The notes: a model not told the origin generated them from the letters alone. 64,000 nt of DNA from a virus (IMGVR_UViG_3300034095_001474:64001-128000); one strand, 5' to 3'; shown: positions 29,759-40,374, counted from the stretch's first letter. Numbers and translations are program-made.

Positions 29759-30224
29759 TTAACTTTTCAATTATTGTTTCACGTATTCCTTTACGTTTTA
29801 TTCCATCTTGATGATTAGGGCAGAGTACAAAGTTTGGGTGTAACCACTCATCCATATTCAAATCGTCAACTGCAACCCACTTTACATCATTCTTCCATGC
29901 ATGCAATTCTAACCAAGCTTTAATCTCATCTGCCCGACCACCTTCAAGGTTCGTACCAGTGTATGTTTTCATTGATGGTGTAAACCCAATTGGTCCTTTC
30001 AACACACAGTTATGTGCGAAGATTTCACGCATCTCTTGTAATGTGTAAGTATTTCTCCAATCAGATGACAATATAATCTCAGCTCCAGTTTCTTGGAGTA
30101 TAAAATTAAATGCTGCAACACACTTAACATCAAACATATATGAACCCCATTTGTTTTTTGTTCCAACACCATATGTTGAATTTGTTGCTAAAACGCCATC
30201 AATATCTAAAAATATATATTTCAT
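29742..30224 (-). CDS. HAD domain protein (HAD_SAK_2 type)
   Basis: FLDIDGVL, LSSDWR, RADEIKAWL, VAVDDL. Confidence 0.8.
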   Translation of the reverse strand: MKYIFLDIDGVLATNSTYGVGTKNKWGSYMFDVKCVAAFNFILQETGAEIILSSDWRNTYTLQEMREIFAHNCVLKGPIGFTPSMKTYTGTNLEGGRADEIKAWLELHAWKNDVKWVAVDDLNMDEWLHPNFVLCPNHQDGIKRKGIRETIIEKLNGKMG

Positions 30225-30254
30225 ATTACAAAGGTACTAAAAATAATCTAAAAA

Positions 30255-30554
30255 TCAAATGTTTTCTTCTTTTTTCTTTAAAAAAGCATATCTAATAATC
30301 ATACCACCATGTGTTACCCCTTCATAAGGTATAGAAACAAGGGGTTGCATATCATAAATTAAAAGACCTTCAACAGAACTATAATTAGGATGTGTGTTGA
30401 TTCTTTCTTCCTTTCTAATCAACCATTCCCTAAAAGTTTCCTCTGATTTCATACACTCACTAGTCACACACCAATAAACTACTCTACCATCAATTAATTG
30501 TGGTTCAACAGTGTTTTCGTTTTGTAATACTTTATCAACAAAGATTACTTTCAT
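30255..30554 (-). CDS. hypothetical protein
   Basis: ORF in run. Confidence 0.55.
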   Translation of the reverse strand: MKVIFVDKVLQNENTVEPQLIDGRVVYWCVTSECMKSEETFREWLIRKEERINTHPNYSSVEGLLIYDMQPLVSIPYEGVTHGGMIIRYAFLKKKEENI

Positions 30555-31006
30555 GGTACGTATTGAACAATCGTTACATACTCACCAATCATTTCATCCT
30601 CAATGATTTTCTCAATGATATCCCAATCACCACCAGCCAAACCAGCACCAATCATTGGCAATCCAAATGTTTTACCAGAGAACTTTTCTTTCATTTCTTT
30701 CAAACCAGAACGCAAAGCATCATAGTCTAAATCCATATTACCACTACGTCTACCTTTGGTATCGTATTGTGAATAAATGTTTACAATTGTTGGTTTACTG
30801 TAAACAGTATGAGAAATAGTCCCCATCTTTGATTCATCACCAGCAACTGTCTCACAGTCAGCTTCAAATGCTTCTGGAAACGCATTTTTAATTTGTGGTG
30901 CGATACCAGCACCCATAGCACAGAAACAGTTACAACCATGTGCTATTACATCGAATTTCCCTTCTTTGGCCATTTTCACTAAATCGCCTTCTACATATCT
31001 AATCAT
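30551..31006 (-). CDS. macro domain (ADP-ribose binding/hydrolase) protein
   Basis: HGCNCFCAMGAGIA, PMIGAGLAGGDW. Confidence 0.9.
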   Translation of the reverse strand: MIRYVEGDLVKMAKEGKFDVIAHGCNCFCAMGAGIAPQIKNAFPEAFEADCETVAGDESKMGTISHTVYSKPTIVNIYSQYDTKGRRSGNMDLDYDALRSGLKEMKEKFSGKTFGLPMIGAGLAGGDWDIIEKIIEDEMIGEYVTIVQYVP

Positions 31007-32622
31007 TATACTAATTGTTTATTTAATGTTATTATTCTTGCTCTATAACGTATATCTTCAAATGGTGTTTCAGTTAATAGTTTACCATTTTCAAAAACTG
31101 TTCTTAATTCATCACGTGATTCAACATACGTATCTTCCAATGATGTCACAGTGTAGTATTTACCAGTTGTATAGTGTTTAACCAATTTCAAACGACCTTG
31201 TTTAGATTTTTTGAATGATGGTTTCAAATCTCCATTCTCATCAACCTCTGTTGGTGATTTAACCAAATCACGGTGTTCACCATTTACTACTGCGAAACAT
31301 GCTTTTGTTGCAAAGTTTTGTGTATCTCTGTTGATATCAGCTTGTAACAATTTACCACCCATACCAAACACAATGTTTTCAGCAGAAATACCCAAAGAAG
31401 TCAACTCTTCGTAAATTTCAATAATTGAATTGATGTTTACACCATCACCTTGAATTACACGTACTTGTGGAGGTAAAACTTTGAAACCTTTATCGTTTAC
31501 GGTGTAACCAAATTTGTCAAACAAGATTGCAAACACTTCTTTTAATGTGTTGATAACGTGACCAGAATCTGGACGGATAACTAGTTGATTACCTGGAGTT
31601 GCTGGACGAGATAAAATCAAATCACGTAACTCAGTTCCCCATTTCTCAGAACATGCACGCAAGATATGGTAAGAGTCAGATACACACGCTACAATACCAG
31701 TAGGATATTGTTCCAACACACGTTTCATCATTTCAACTTCACCTTCTTCACCTTTCATAGTCATGATAGAGTGTTCAGTTGCTGGAACTGATTTACCAAA
31801 TACTGTGTTGGTATTGTAGTATTCACATATGCGTTTAGATGCAACAGTTGTATCAGAACCCATAAAGTTAATCAAGTGTGCTGAACCACCAATACCAGCT
31901 GATTGAACAGAAGATACACCTCTGAAACCGAAATCATTCAATACGAACTCAACAGCTACTCTCATGATATCTCCAGGCAACGAAACTGTTTTGTCGTAAT
32001 ATTCAGTAACGATTTTCTTAACTTCACGTGACAATGTTGCCACAGTGATTGGATACCACAATTGCATCATGATAGTTTCTAAGAAGTTTGTTAACCAATA
32101 ACAATTAGGGTCAGTGTTCTCAATAGTCATAAGAACGTTTTTAACACCTACAACTGTACCCTCTGGTACTGCTTTGATACGTACTGGTAATTTACCACCA
32201 TGAACATCGATAATGTATTGGAATTTAGATTTGTCAAAGACATCATCACGACCAAACACACCAAGTTCAGTACCCAAGTACTCATATGCTTCATCTAATT
32301 CTTCTTGTGTGAAGGCAACACCCTCTAAATATTCTTTGATGAACATTTCAAGACCATACCATACTGTTTCACTGAAACGACCACCACGTGATTCCATGTA
32401 TGAATAAACAGTTGTTGTGTTTTCTTCATAGAATTTGTGGTGCGAGTACTTATAAGCATCACCCATAAGTACAAGATTGTTAGGTTTATCCATTGCTTTT
32501 GAGATAAGACCTTCCAATGTTTCGATTGAAGACCAATCTTTATTTTTGATTGCCTCTGCCAATCTAGTTTTAATCACTTCTTTAAGTGCTAAACTTTTTA
32601 AATTTTTATTTTCTGATTCCAT
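31006..32622 (-). CDS. nadV: nicotinamide phosphoribosyltransferase (NAMPT)
   Basis: DAYKYSH, DFGFRG, PATEHS, VSDSY, RPDSG, IQGDG, FGMGGKLLQ. Confidence 0.93.
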   Translation of the reverse strand: MESENKNLKSLALKEVIKTRLAEAIKNKDWSSIETLEGLISKAMDKPNNLVLMGDAYKYSHHKFYEENTTTVYSYMESRGGRFSETVWYGLEMFIKEYLEGVAFTQEELDEAYEYLGTELGVFGRDDVFDKSKFQYIIDVHGGKLPVRIKAVPEGTVVGVKNVLMTIENTDPNCYWLTNFLETIMMQLWYPITVATLSREVKKIVTEYYDKTVSLPGDIMRVAVEFVLNDFGFRGVSSVQSAGIGGSAHLINFMGSDTTVASKRICEYYNTNTVFGKSVPATEHSIMTMKGEEGEVEMMKRVLEQYPTGIVACVSDSYHILRACSEKWGTELRDLILSRPATPGNQLVIRPDSGHVINTLKEVFAILFDKFGYTVNDKGFKVLPPQVRVIQGDGVNINSIIEIYEELTSLGISAENIVFGMGGKLLQADINRDTQNFATKACFAVVNGEHRDLVKSPTEVDENGDLKPSFKKSKQGRLKLVKHYTTGKYYTVTSLEDTYVESRDELRTVFENGKLLTETPFEDIRYRARIITLNKQLV

Positions 32623-32623
32623 A

Positions 32624-32962
32624 CTATTTTGTATTTATTATTATTGTGGGTTTCCCTAATTTTTCAGCTTTTGTTATGCTATCTTTAGTCCCTTTACTTT
32701 CACCATCCCAAAATGCTATGATAGTATCAGCGTTGTTAACGATATAGGTATTTCTCAATACTCCAGCTGCTGCACCATGTTTTTTCCAATCTGGTTTAAA
32801 TATAAGTGTTTCGATATTATTCTCTTTGGCATATCTTTCACCCAATGAGTCAGCACCATTCGCACCACCACTAACCAATAATTTTATTTGAAATGGTGAT
32901 AATGTGGTTTTAACCAATTCATAGTCATCAAAACCTCTGCTACCAATTACTGCTACTTTCAT
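32624..32962 (-). CDS. SLOG-family protein (DUF2493-like)
   Basis: AVIGSR, VSGGANGAD, AGVLRN, FWDGESKGT. Confidence 0.82.
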   Translation of the reverse strand: MKVAVIGSRGFDDYELVKTTLSPFQIKLLVSGGANGADSLGERYAKENNIETLIFKPDWKKHGAAAGVLRNTYIVNNADTIIAFWDGESKGTKDSITKAEKLGKPTIIINTK

Positions 32963-33960
32963 GAGATACTTTCTCCATATTTAACTTTAGCGTTTTCAAT
33001 AGCTGTTGGTATTTTAGCATTTTCCAATATGTTATTTTTAGACAAATAAACACACAAGTTAGCATACAAGTCTCTATGTTCAACCATGATGTCTTTATCA
33101 ACGTTGATATTCTTAGGTTCAACCCAATGCAATGAAGCGATATCATCAGATGGTTCAATACGTCCCCATAAGAACTTACCAATAAACAATGTTGTCATGA
33201 TACCAGATTCTGTTTTACCATATCTCCAATCAGTAACAGCACCACTGCAAACATATTTAATATCATCGATTTCAGCGTTACCACCAGTTTCTTCTTTAAA
33301 CTCACGTTTTGCTGCTTCTTCCCAAGTCAAATCAGTTCTATCAACGAAACCACCGATAAAACGGTAGAAGTCTTCATTTGGTTTTTTAGCCAAAAGGATT
33401 TGTCCTTTATCGTTGTATACTGTAATATCTACTGTTGGATATGTAACTGGTCTAGCAGCATATGTTGCGTGGATTACACCAGCTCTAAAGTCCTCAGAAG
33501 CCAAGATTTCTTTTGATACTTGTTTACGAACTTCAGTACCAGAATACAATATATCAGTTATCAATTCAACAACAGCATATTTTCCAGAATAGTAAGGAAT
33601 AAATGAATCACGACTACCATATAATACTGCACTCAAAGAGCTGCGTTCACCAAAAGGTACTTGGATTTGGTTGTCTAACTCTCTTGACCATTTTTCGTTA
33701 GACCTTTGGTCTTTCAATGGTAATACAATCACATTTGGATAAGATTGTTTAATCATCGCTTCTCTAGATGCATAATCCAATGGATTTGATTTTGTGTTTC
33801 CAATAACTGGTACACCCAAGAAAATAACTACTTTTTTATGATTTTCAATAACCTTATCAATAAGACTGATTTGCCCTTCATGCAATTTATGCACTTGGAA
33901 TCTTGCTACAATAACACCGATTTCGTAATCAGTTGGATTGATATTTGATTTAACTTCCAT
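32959..33960 (-). CDS. bifunctional NMN adenylyltransferase / Nudix hydrolase (NadM-like)
   Basis: ARFQ..KLHEGQ, SGTEVR, GGFVD..AAKREFKEETG. Confidence 0.9.
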   Translation of the reverse strand: MEVKSNINPTDYEIGVIVARFQVHKLHEGQISLIDKVIENHKKVVIFLGVPVIGNTKSNPLDYASREAMIKQSYPNVIVLPLKDQRSNEKWSRELDNQIQVPFGERSSLSAVLYGSRDSFIPYYSGKYAVVELITDILYSGTEVRKQVSKEILASEDFRAGVIHATYAARPVTYPTVDITVYNDKGQILLAKKPNEDFYRFIGGFVDRTDLTWEEAAKREFKEETGGNAEIDDIKYVCSGAVTDWRYGKTESGIMTTLFIGKFLWGRIEPSDDIASLHWVEPKNINVDKDIMVEHRDLYANLCVYLSKNNILENAKIPTAIENAKVKYGESIS

Positions 33961-33993
33961 ATTTATCTTTTTTTATTTATAATACAAATGTAT

Positions 33994-34034
33994 AAAAAAA
34001 TTCCCAATAAAACAAATTATTGGGAATCTTTTTT
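33994..34034. terminator. intrinsic terminator
   Basis: TTCCCAATAA/TTATTGGGAA with flanking A/T tracts. Confidence 0.65.
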
Positions 34035-34037
34035 GAT

Positions 34038-35378
34038 TTATTTTGTTTGAAAACCCATTGTGGATTTCTCTTTCTCCACTTGACTAGAATAGAACCCTTT
34101 GTATGATTCATTAACCAATGAAACAGTGTCGTCAATTGACCAATTTTCATCATCTTCTGACATTTCTTTGATATTGTCAGCCAAGTTTGCAATAAATGCA
34201 CCAGTTATTTTAACTTTCTTGCCATTGATGGTTCCAGTCAATGCATCATAAACTTCTTTAACTTGCCATCTTTCTGGTAAATGGATATTACAAACTCTTT
34301 CAATTTGTTTCTCATCCAAGAATGAATAATCCAATGTGAAGTTAAAACGTCCAGGTCTTTCCGCAGCTTTATCAACCAAACCTTTATCGTTTGTAGATGC
34401 CAACAAACTGATTTTACGTTTCTTAACCCCATCAAAGAATGATAAGAATTGACCCAATAATCTTGTGTAACTTCCGTTATCACGTGAACCTAAGTATAAA
34501 TCGATATCATCCATAATGATAACGGCATTTTCAAAAATCTCACATGCTTCCATGATTGATGTCAAATCATCACTATTACCAAAATCTGGTATAATGAATG
34601 TAACATTAGGAATCAATTTACGTGCAATCTCACGAATGGATTCTGTTTTACCAGTTCCTGGTTCTCCGTTGAATAGGTATCTGGCATTTCCACCTCTACC
34701 AACACGACTAATAAAGTGTTCAATAAATTTTGTTTGAACATCATTCAACACTAATTCATTGCTAGATTCAACAATGTCAATTATTTCAATACCTTTGAAT
34801 CTACCTTCTCTCAATTTAACTTTGATACATTTTCCTCTGTATTCTGAGTTATTGAAAGCTAAAATCTTTATTTTTTTAAACAATTCAACAATTTTGGTGT
34901 ATTCAATACCTTTTTTACAAGTAATATTGATTTGATTAACCAACTCATTTCTTCCGTCAATAAACATTTTAGTTTGAAATACGTAATCGTTATCATCACC
35001 TTCAAATTTGCTGTTGAACCAAAATGAACCAGTAATTTCAAAACTACCACCAAATGTTATTCTACCAATACTATCTGTTATCCCATAAGATGAAACTTTG
35101 ATTTGGTTTTGTTTACCTTTAAAACACTCATATAAATAAGCATTAAAAATTGCGAATTCTATGAAACTTACTTCTTCACAATATGAATTTGTAGGATAAT
35201 CATCATCATCATCTTCATCATCATAACCATATTCATCTTTATCTGATTTTACACCAAAATCTTCATTGACAACATCATCATGACTTGATGATTCCAAATC
35301 ATCAATTTGTATTTTAATACTTGAAAGTTTCAAAAGTTCTCTTTCAAATTTTTTCGGTAATCTGTGTTTTTCGCTCAT
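34038..35378 (-). CDS. AAA+ ATPase
   Basis: GEPGTGKT, IIMDDID, STN, RPGRF. Confidence 0.9.
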   Translation of the reverse strand: MSEKHRLPKKFERELLKLSSIKIQIDDLESSSHDDVVNEDFGVKSDKDEYGYDDEDDDDDYPTNSYCEEVSFIEFAIFNAYLYECFKGKQNQIKVSSYGITDSIGRITFGGSFEITGSFWFNSKFEGDDNDYVFQTKMFIDGRNELVNQINITCKKGIEYTKIVELFKKIKILAFNNSEYRGKCIKVKLREGRFKGIEIIDIVESSNELVLNDVQTKFIEHFISRVGRGGNARYLFNGEPGTGKTESIREIARKLIPNVTFIIPDFGNSDDLTSIMEACEIFENAVIIMDDIDLYLGSRDNGSYTRLLGQFLSFFDGVKKRKISLLASTNDKGLVDKAAERPGRFNFTLDYSFLDEKQIERVCNIHLPERWQVKEVYDALTGTINGKKVKITGAFIANLADNIKEMSEDDENWSIDDTVSLVNESYKGFYSSQVEKEKSTMGFQTK

Positions 35379-35399
35379 ATCTTTTTTTTTTATTTTTAA

Positions 35400-35990
35400 T
35401 TAATTATGGTCTACTTGTTCAACTTCTTTTGACATCATATTTTGTTTAACATCAGTATAATGTATTGGACAATAATCCCAACCATTACAACCCATATCCA
35501 AAACTTTACGTTTGTAGTATTCTGGGTTTTGTTTAACTAAACTCTGATGACAATGACCATGTAAATGCCAATCCCCATGATGTGCTTTGTCCCATGAAAG
35601 TATTGGGTAATGCATCATCATAATCCCTTGACGTTTTCTAGGACTATCTTCGTCTGGTACTGAAAGATTGATATAGTCACTTATCGTTTCAAAACGATTT
35701 AGTTTTCTAATATCTTTTTCATCATCATGATTTCCCAATATATAATGTATCTTACCATTTAAACGTTTAACGATTTCTTGTGTTTGTTTTCCACTTCTAT
35801 CGAATGATAAATCACCCAAATAAAAGACAACATCGTTAGCAGCAATATAATGGTTCCAGTTTTCTATCAAGGACTCATTCATTTCTTCCACATCTTTGAA
35901 TGGTCTACCATCATATTTTATCACATTTGCATGGCAAAAATGATAATCAGATGTAAACCAAACATTTTGATGGTCTAATTTTATTCTCAT
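35400..35990 (-). CDS. calcineurin-like phosphoesterase
   Basis: SDYHF, LGD, GNHD, HYP, HGHCH. Confidence 0.9.
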   Translation of the reverse strand: MRIKLDHQNVWFTSDYHFCHANVIKYDGRPFKDVEEMNESLIENWNHYIAANDVVFYLGDLSFDRSGKQTQEIVKRLNGKIHYILGNHDDEKDIRKLNRFETISDYINLSVPDEDSPRKRQGIMMMHYPILSWDKAHHGDWHLHGHCHQSLVKQNPEYYKRKVLDMGCNGWDYCPIHYTDVKQNMMSKEVEQVDHN

Positions 35991-36577
35991 TTGTTTTCTA
36001 ATTTAGCTTTTAATTGTGCCAACACTCCGTTGGTGTCACCCAAAGTGAAAGTAGCGGTTCTATCTGCTTTCTTTTCTATTTTCTTAACTGCTGACTGAAC
36101 CTTGTCGTCAGTAATATTTTTGGCTCTACCCAATAACGATTCACGTCTGATATTACCCAACAACCAATTGATGTGTTTATCACCTTTTAGTGATTTTGTG
36201 ACTACCCAATTGAAAAACTCTTGTGCAACTGGTACTGACATAAAAGTTGTTGTACCTTTTCCAGTAACACCTAATTTCTTCTCACCAATTAGTTTGGCCA
36301 TTGCTGTTGTCTTATCAGCGTTATCATCAAACATTGTCTTCATTGATTTCATCAAATCAGTTTTGAACTGCTCAGTTTGAATTCCTTCTAGAATTTCATT
36401 TACTGATATCAAATCATCATTTGATAAAGCACATTTGAAGTCAGCTTCTGGTTTTTCATTAACCTTCTCAATGTTTGATACTGGCATGTAACTGCGAACC
36501 AAATGATTAAGGAAATTTTTAGCTTTTGGGTTTTCAAGCATTTTATCTAAGCTTGAGTGGATTTCTTCTACTGTCAT
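35987..36577 (-). CDS. hypothetical protein
   Basis: 196-aa ORF. Confidence 0.75.
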   Translation of the reverse strand: MTVEEIHSSLDKMLENPKAKNFLNHLVRSYMPVSNIEKVNEKPEADFKCALSNDDLISVNEILEGIQTEQFKTDLMKSMKTMFDDNADKTTAMAKLIGEKKLGVTGKGTTTFMSVPVAQEFFNWVVTKSLKGDKHINWLLGNIRRESLLGRAKNITDDKVQSAVKKIEKKADRTATFTLGDTNGVLAQLKAKLENK

Positions 36578-36951
36578 AATTGTAATAAATAATTAAAAGT
36601 TATTAATAATTGCATATAATGTAAAACTTGGTCTAAACCTATCACAACAAAGAAATCGTGATATCTTTCTTCTTTGTATAGTTTACTAGTCAACCTACTA
36701 GTAAAATAATCTGTTATCCAGTGAGTAACAAAGATAACAATAAATGATAACCAAATACCTAAACTAGAAATATGAATAGACGTAAAAGGAAACACAAAAG
36801 ACCACATAACAATTGTTGTAAATGCATAAACTAAAACATGTAGACTTAGATAGTAATTGCTACTACTTTTTCTTATACTCATATGATGTGTTTGTAATAC
36901 GAAATCAGCAAACCAATGTACAATCAATATAAATAAAACAGACCAAATCAT
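36574..36951 (-). CDS. DUF3307-like membrane protein
   Basis: HWFADFVLQ, HWITD, GLDQVLH. Confidence 0.8.
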   Translation of the reverse strand: MIWSVLFILIVHWFADFVLQTHHMSIRKSSSNYYLSLHVLVYAFTTIVMWSFVFPFTSIHISSLGIWLSFIVIFVTHWITDYFTSRLTSKLYKEERYHDFFVVIGLDQVLHYMQLLITFNYLLQL

Positions 36952-37352
36952 CTTCCAGAAATTATTTTGTTAATAATAGCTGAAACTGCTTGATTATCAG
37001 CTTTACCCTTATAATTAGAATTGAATTCTTTCATCAATAAAGGCATTGTTGTTAACCCATTGTCATTGTAATAACCTCTGATAATAGTTTCAATCTCATC
37101 ATCACCCATAAGTGTTGGTAAGTATGGTTTGATATACTCTAACTCATTTAATGATTCAGCAGTGTTGGTTTGTTTCAAAGACTTTTCAATTTTCTTTAAG
37201 ATACCCAAAACTGTTTCATCATCTTCTTTCCCAGAACGACCAGCTTCATTTTGAACTTCACCTTTTACTACCCCCAAAAAGTTTTTCTTTTCCATTTCTT
37301 TAGCTTTGAAAGCTATCATGAAATCTACATTGATTTGTTCTTTTAAATTCAT
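36948..37352 (-). CDS. YqeY (GatB/Yqey) domain protein
   Basis: LKEQINVDFMIAFKAKE; YLPTLM; GKAD. Confidence 0.8.
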   Translation of the reverse strand: MNLKEQINVDFMIAFKAKEMEKKNFLGVVKGEVQNEAGRSGKEDDETVLGILKKIEKSLKQTNTAESLNELEYIKPYLPTLMGDDEIETIIRGYYNDNGLTTMPLLMKEFNSNYKGKADNQAVSAIINKIISGR

Positions 37353-37355
37353 TTC

Positions 37356-37688
37356 CTATTTTTTTAAAACTATATAATAATGATATCCTTTATCACTATC
37401 TGTTGCGTAATACGCATATTTTATCTCACCACTTTTAACTTTTGCCGAGAACTCACTTCTTTCTTCTGGTTTAGCATCCAACGCTATTTTAATATATTTG
37501 TTTTCAGCTCTTTTTACCTTAATTTCAGTTGTGTCGTTAGTGTTTAACTCTATCTTTGTTTCAACAACTTTTTTAACCTCTGTTTCAACATCTGGTTTAA
37601 CAGCTACCATTGCTTTTGTGTCAACTCTTTTCTTAGGTTCAACTTTTGCAACTGGTTTTAGTGTAGCTTTTTTGCGTTCTTCACTCAT
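37356..37688 (-). CDS. hypothetical protein
   Basis: ORF after promoter. Confidence 0.65.
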   Translation of the reverse strand: MSEERKKATLKPVAKVEPKKRVDTKAMVAVKPDVETEVKKVVETKIELNTNDTTEIKVKRAENKYIKIALDAKPEERSEFSAKVKSGEIKYAYYATDSDKGYHYYIVLKK

Positions 37689-37739
37689 AACTTTTAATTA
37701 TAATACAAAGGTACAATATTATTTTTGATTTTACAAATA

Positions 37740-38249
37740 TTATGAAACTTTTTTTACGTATTCTTTGAAAATAAATTTGAAACCATTTTCTTCCAATATT
37801 TCAGATATGTTTATTAGAGTCCATTCTTCAACGTTAAAACCTTCTAAATACGTATCACCATCAATATCACCCCATACTTCAGTCAAATATAATTTTTTAG
37901 CTATTGGGAAGAACTGTTTATATATTTCAGCACCCCCAATAACAAAATTTTCTTTTGGTCCATAGTTGATAGATGATAAACTATATTCTATTATAAATTG
38001 ATTCAAATCTGATAAAACAAAACCACCATCAGCAACATAAGTATTGTCTCTACTGATAATAATGTTATCTCTTTTAGGAAGTGGTCTAAACTTCTCTGGA
38101 ATTGATTCCCAACACTTACGACCCATGATAACTCGTTTACCAGTAGTTAGTTCTTTAAAACGTTTTAAATCACTTGGTATATGCCATGGCAAGGCATTGT
38201 TTCTACCAATAACCATATTGGTAGAAGCAGCAACTATAATGCTAATCAT
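37740..38249 (-). CDS. folA: dihydrofolate reductase
   Basis: IGRNNALPWHIPSDLKRFK, MGRK, PLPKR, IGGAEIY, GDTY. Confidence 0.95.
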   Translation of the reverse strand: MISIIVAASTNMVIGRNNALPWHIPSDLKRFKELTTGKRVIMGRKCWESIPEKFRPLPKRDNIIISRDNTYVADGGFVLSDLNQFIIEYSLSSINYGPKENFVIGGAEIYKQFFPIAKKLYLTEVWGDIDGDTYLEGFNVEEWTLINISEILEENGFKFIFKEYVKKVS

Positions 38250-38437
38250 TTCTTTTCTCTTATGATTTTACCGTCTTTCTCGGTGATTGAAACTAAACTA
38301 TCTTTGCTTGAGTAAGCAAATGGTGTGAATACCATGGAGTAACCATGATTTATCCATCTTTTGAAGATTAAATCTCCTTTTGCGTTAAATAGATATAATT
38401 CATTACCTACTATCTTCTTTTTAAATGTTCCTTCCAT
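38246..38437 (-). CDS. hypothetical protein
   Basis: coupled ORF. Confidence 0.55.
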   Translation of the reverse strand: MEGTFKKKIVGNELYLFNAKGDLIFKRWINHGYSMVFTPFAYSSKDSLVSITEKDGKIIREKK

Positions 38438-38655
38438 AATAAAACTATTGGATTATAAATGTAAATTAAATTAACTACTATAACCATAAAGTTTAAAAAA
38501 ACCAATGGCATTCTTTCATGATATATTGAATATATCAAAAACAAAATACAACCTACCGTATTCAATAGTCTTAACATTATTACGTCTTTTACTATAAAAG
38601 ATATCAAAACTATTATTGAGGCACAGTATGCCATTATTTCCATATTTTCAGTCAT
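38410..38655 (-). CDS. YgjV-like small membrane protein
   Basis: LRLLNTVGCILFLIY..PLVFLN. Confidence 0.65.
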   Translation of the reverse strand: MTENMEIMAYCASIIVLISFIVKDVIMLRLLNTVGCILFLIYSIYHERMPLVFLNFMVIVVNLIYIYNPIVLLWKEHLKRR

Positions 38656-38657
38656 AA

Positions 38658-38858
38658 TTATTTACAGTTTAACGAATCTTTTTTATATTTCAACGATAGA
38701 GATAATACATGATATGTATACTCATCATTGAATTGATTGTTGAATAACTCTAAATATTTCTCAGCATTATCAAAGTGGTCACACATTGTGCATGACTCAA
38801 TAATTGCCATTGCTTTATCTTCAGCAGCAATTTGTTCTGGTGTTTTTTCTTTTTCCAT
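38658..38858 (-). CDS. hypothetical protein
   Basis: ORF in run. Confidence 0.55.
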   Translation of the reverse strand: MEKEKTPEQIAAEDKAMAIIESCTMCDHFDNAEKYLELFNNQFNDEYTYHVLSLSLKYKKDSLNCK

Positions 38859-38864
38859 GTTTTA

Positions 38865-39107
38865 TTAATTTAATGAATAATCCAACAACATTTCACATTG
38901 TTTACAATATGGTGGTGGTGTTTGACCTATTGGTGTTTTAATATAATCAATATTGTTTAATTTTCTAATTTCTTTTACTTTACAAAATTTACCATCTTCT
39001 TCTCTACAACTAACATAGCACATAGTTGCACGACATCTATTACATAAAGCTACTGGTTCACCACCATTAAACTTTATTATTGGGTTTGGTTTCTTCATCA
39101 TTCTCAA
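38865..39107 (-). CDS. Cys-rich hypothetical protein
   Basis: CNRC and CKQC pairs. Confidence 0.6.
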   Translation of the reverse strand: MRMMKKPNPIIKFNGGEPVALCNRCRATMCYVSCREEDGKFCKVKEIRKLNNIDYIKTPIGQTPPPYCKQCEMLLDYSLN

Positions 39108-39540
39108 GTTTTTTCTCTTCCATGTCTAACAATCCTTTTCCAAATCTTTTGACACGTTTATAATACCTTTCTTTAACTCTATCTGATATCGGAAGAGAAT
39201 TACCCTCATCATCTATTCTAACAAATCTAATAGATGTACTCATAGCAACTTCTTGTTCACCAGTATATACGTTATGTTTTCTTATCTCAATATACAATGT
39301 AACTGATGTGTTACCAAATGTTGATACATTTGCATATACTTTGATAATATTACCAACCTTGATTGGTTTCTTGAAAAACATTTCGCTAATTGATAAAGTA
39401 ACCATTCTAGGTGTATCACAAATTTGTGATGCATATGCTGCACTACTTTGGTCAATCAACGCTACCAAATTACCACCAAACATATTAGAATGAACACCAA
39501 TATCACTAGTTTTACATAAATAAGTTGTCACTAATTCCAT
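39067..39540 (-). CDS. acyl-CoA thioesterase (HotDog fold)
   Basis: NMFGG..IDQ, FKKPIKVG, GNTS, FVRID. Confidence 0.88.
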   Translation of the reverse strand: MELVTTYLCKTSDIGVHSNMFGGNLVALIDQSSAAYASQICDTPRMVTLSISEMFFKKPIKVGNIIKVYANVSTFGNTSVTLYIEIRKHNVYTGEQEVAMSTSIRFVRIDDEGNSLPISDRVKERYYKRVKRFGKGLLDMEEKKLENDEETKPNNKV

Positions 39541-39616
39541 TATACCTTTTAATAATAAATATCTTTAAAAAGTATCATATTTACAAAGGTACAAATAAAT
39601 TTAATAAATAACTAAT

Positions 39617-40105
39617 TTATTTTACTTTATTGTCAAGTTGACTATTATCTAAACAATAGCAATCACCTTTGAATGTCCAAGTTGGGTCTGAACCTTTAGT
39701 ATCAACCTCACCTTTTTTCTTAAACTCAGCCTCTTCAAAAAATTCTTCTTTACCTTTCCAACCAATTATCCAACCTTTGGATAAATCTGTTAATATTGCA
39801 ACAAAACAATAATAATCACATTTTTGTTTTGTATTGAATGCAAATATGTTTGCTCTATGGTGTGGTTCTGGAGCCATATTCTGTAGTTTCGTCTTTACGT
39901 CAATCTTCTTGTCTTTGATAATCATATCATAATCGTAAGAACCAACATACTTTGTTTTACTTTTATATTTATCCCAAACTATAATTTCACCCAATGCACC
40001 TACTTCATTCCCTTTACCTTCAGTTACCGAACCTTTCAACACATTGAATTCATATAATTCTTGACCTCGTTTTCTTTGGTCATCAGTTATTAAAATTTCT
40101 GTCAT
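39617..40105 (-). CDS. putative PD-(D/E)xK nuclease
   Basis: GALGE..YD..IDVKT pattern. Confidence 0.5.
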   Translation of the reverse strand: MTEILITDDQRKRGQELYEFNVLKGSVTEGKGNEVGALGEIIVWDKYKSKTKYVGSYDYDMIIKDKKIDVKTKLQNMAPEPHHRANIFAFNTKQKCDYYCFVAILTDLSKGWIIGWKGKEEFFEEAEFKKKGEVDTKGSDPTWTFKGDCYCLDNSQLDNKVK

Positions 40106-40113
40106 AATTAAGA

Positions 40114-40374
40114 TTATTTTTTCTTTGGTTCTTCAATCAACATTTTTGTTAATTGTTTGATTGATTCAGTAATCAACTCATCTTTTTTTGCGTAATCATT
40201 TTGTTCAGCAACATGTATAAGTGTGCATAATGCTTCACATACACATGCAATGTCATTCACAATCATTTTTGCTGCTTCTTCTTTATTTACTGGTGGTTCA
40301 TTCTCTGGACCTTTACCAATAAGAATTTGTTGCTCTCTTTCAGTGTCAACATCAATGTAAATTGTATTTTTCAT
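40114..40374 (-). CDS. hypothetical protein
   Basis: ORF after promoter. Confidence 0.65.
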   Translation of the reverse strand: MKNTIYIDVDTEREQQILIGKGPENEPPVNKEEAAKMIVNDIACVCEALCTLIHVAEQNDYAKKDELITESIKQLTKMLIEEPKKK

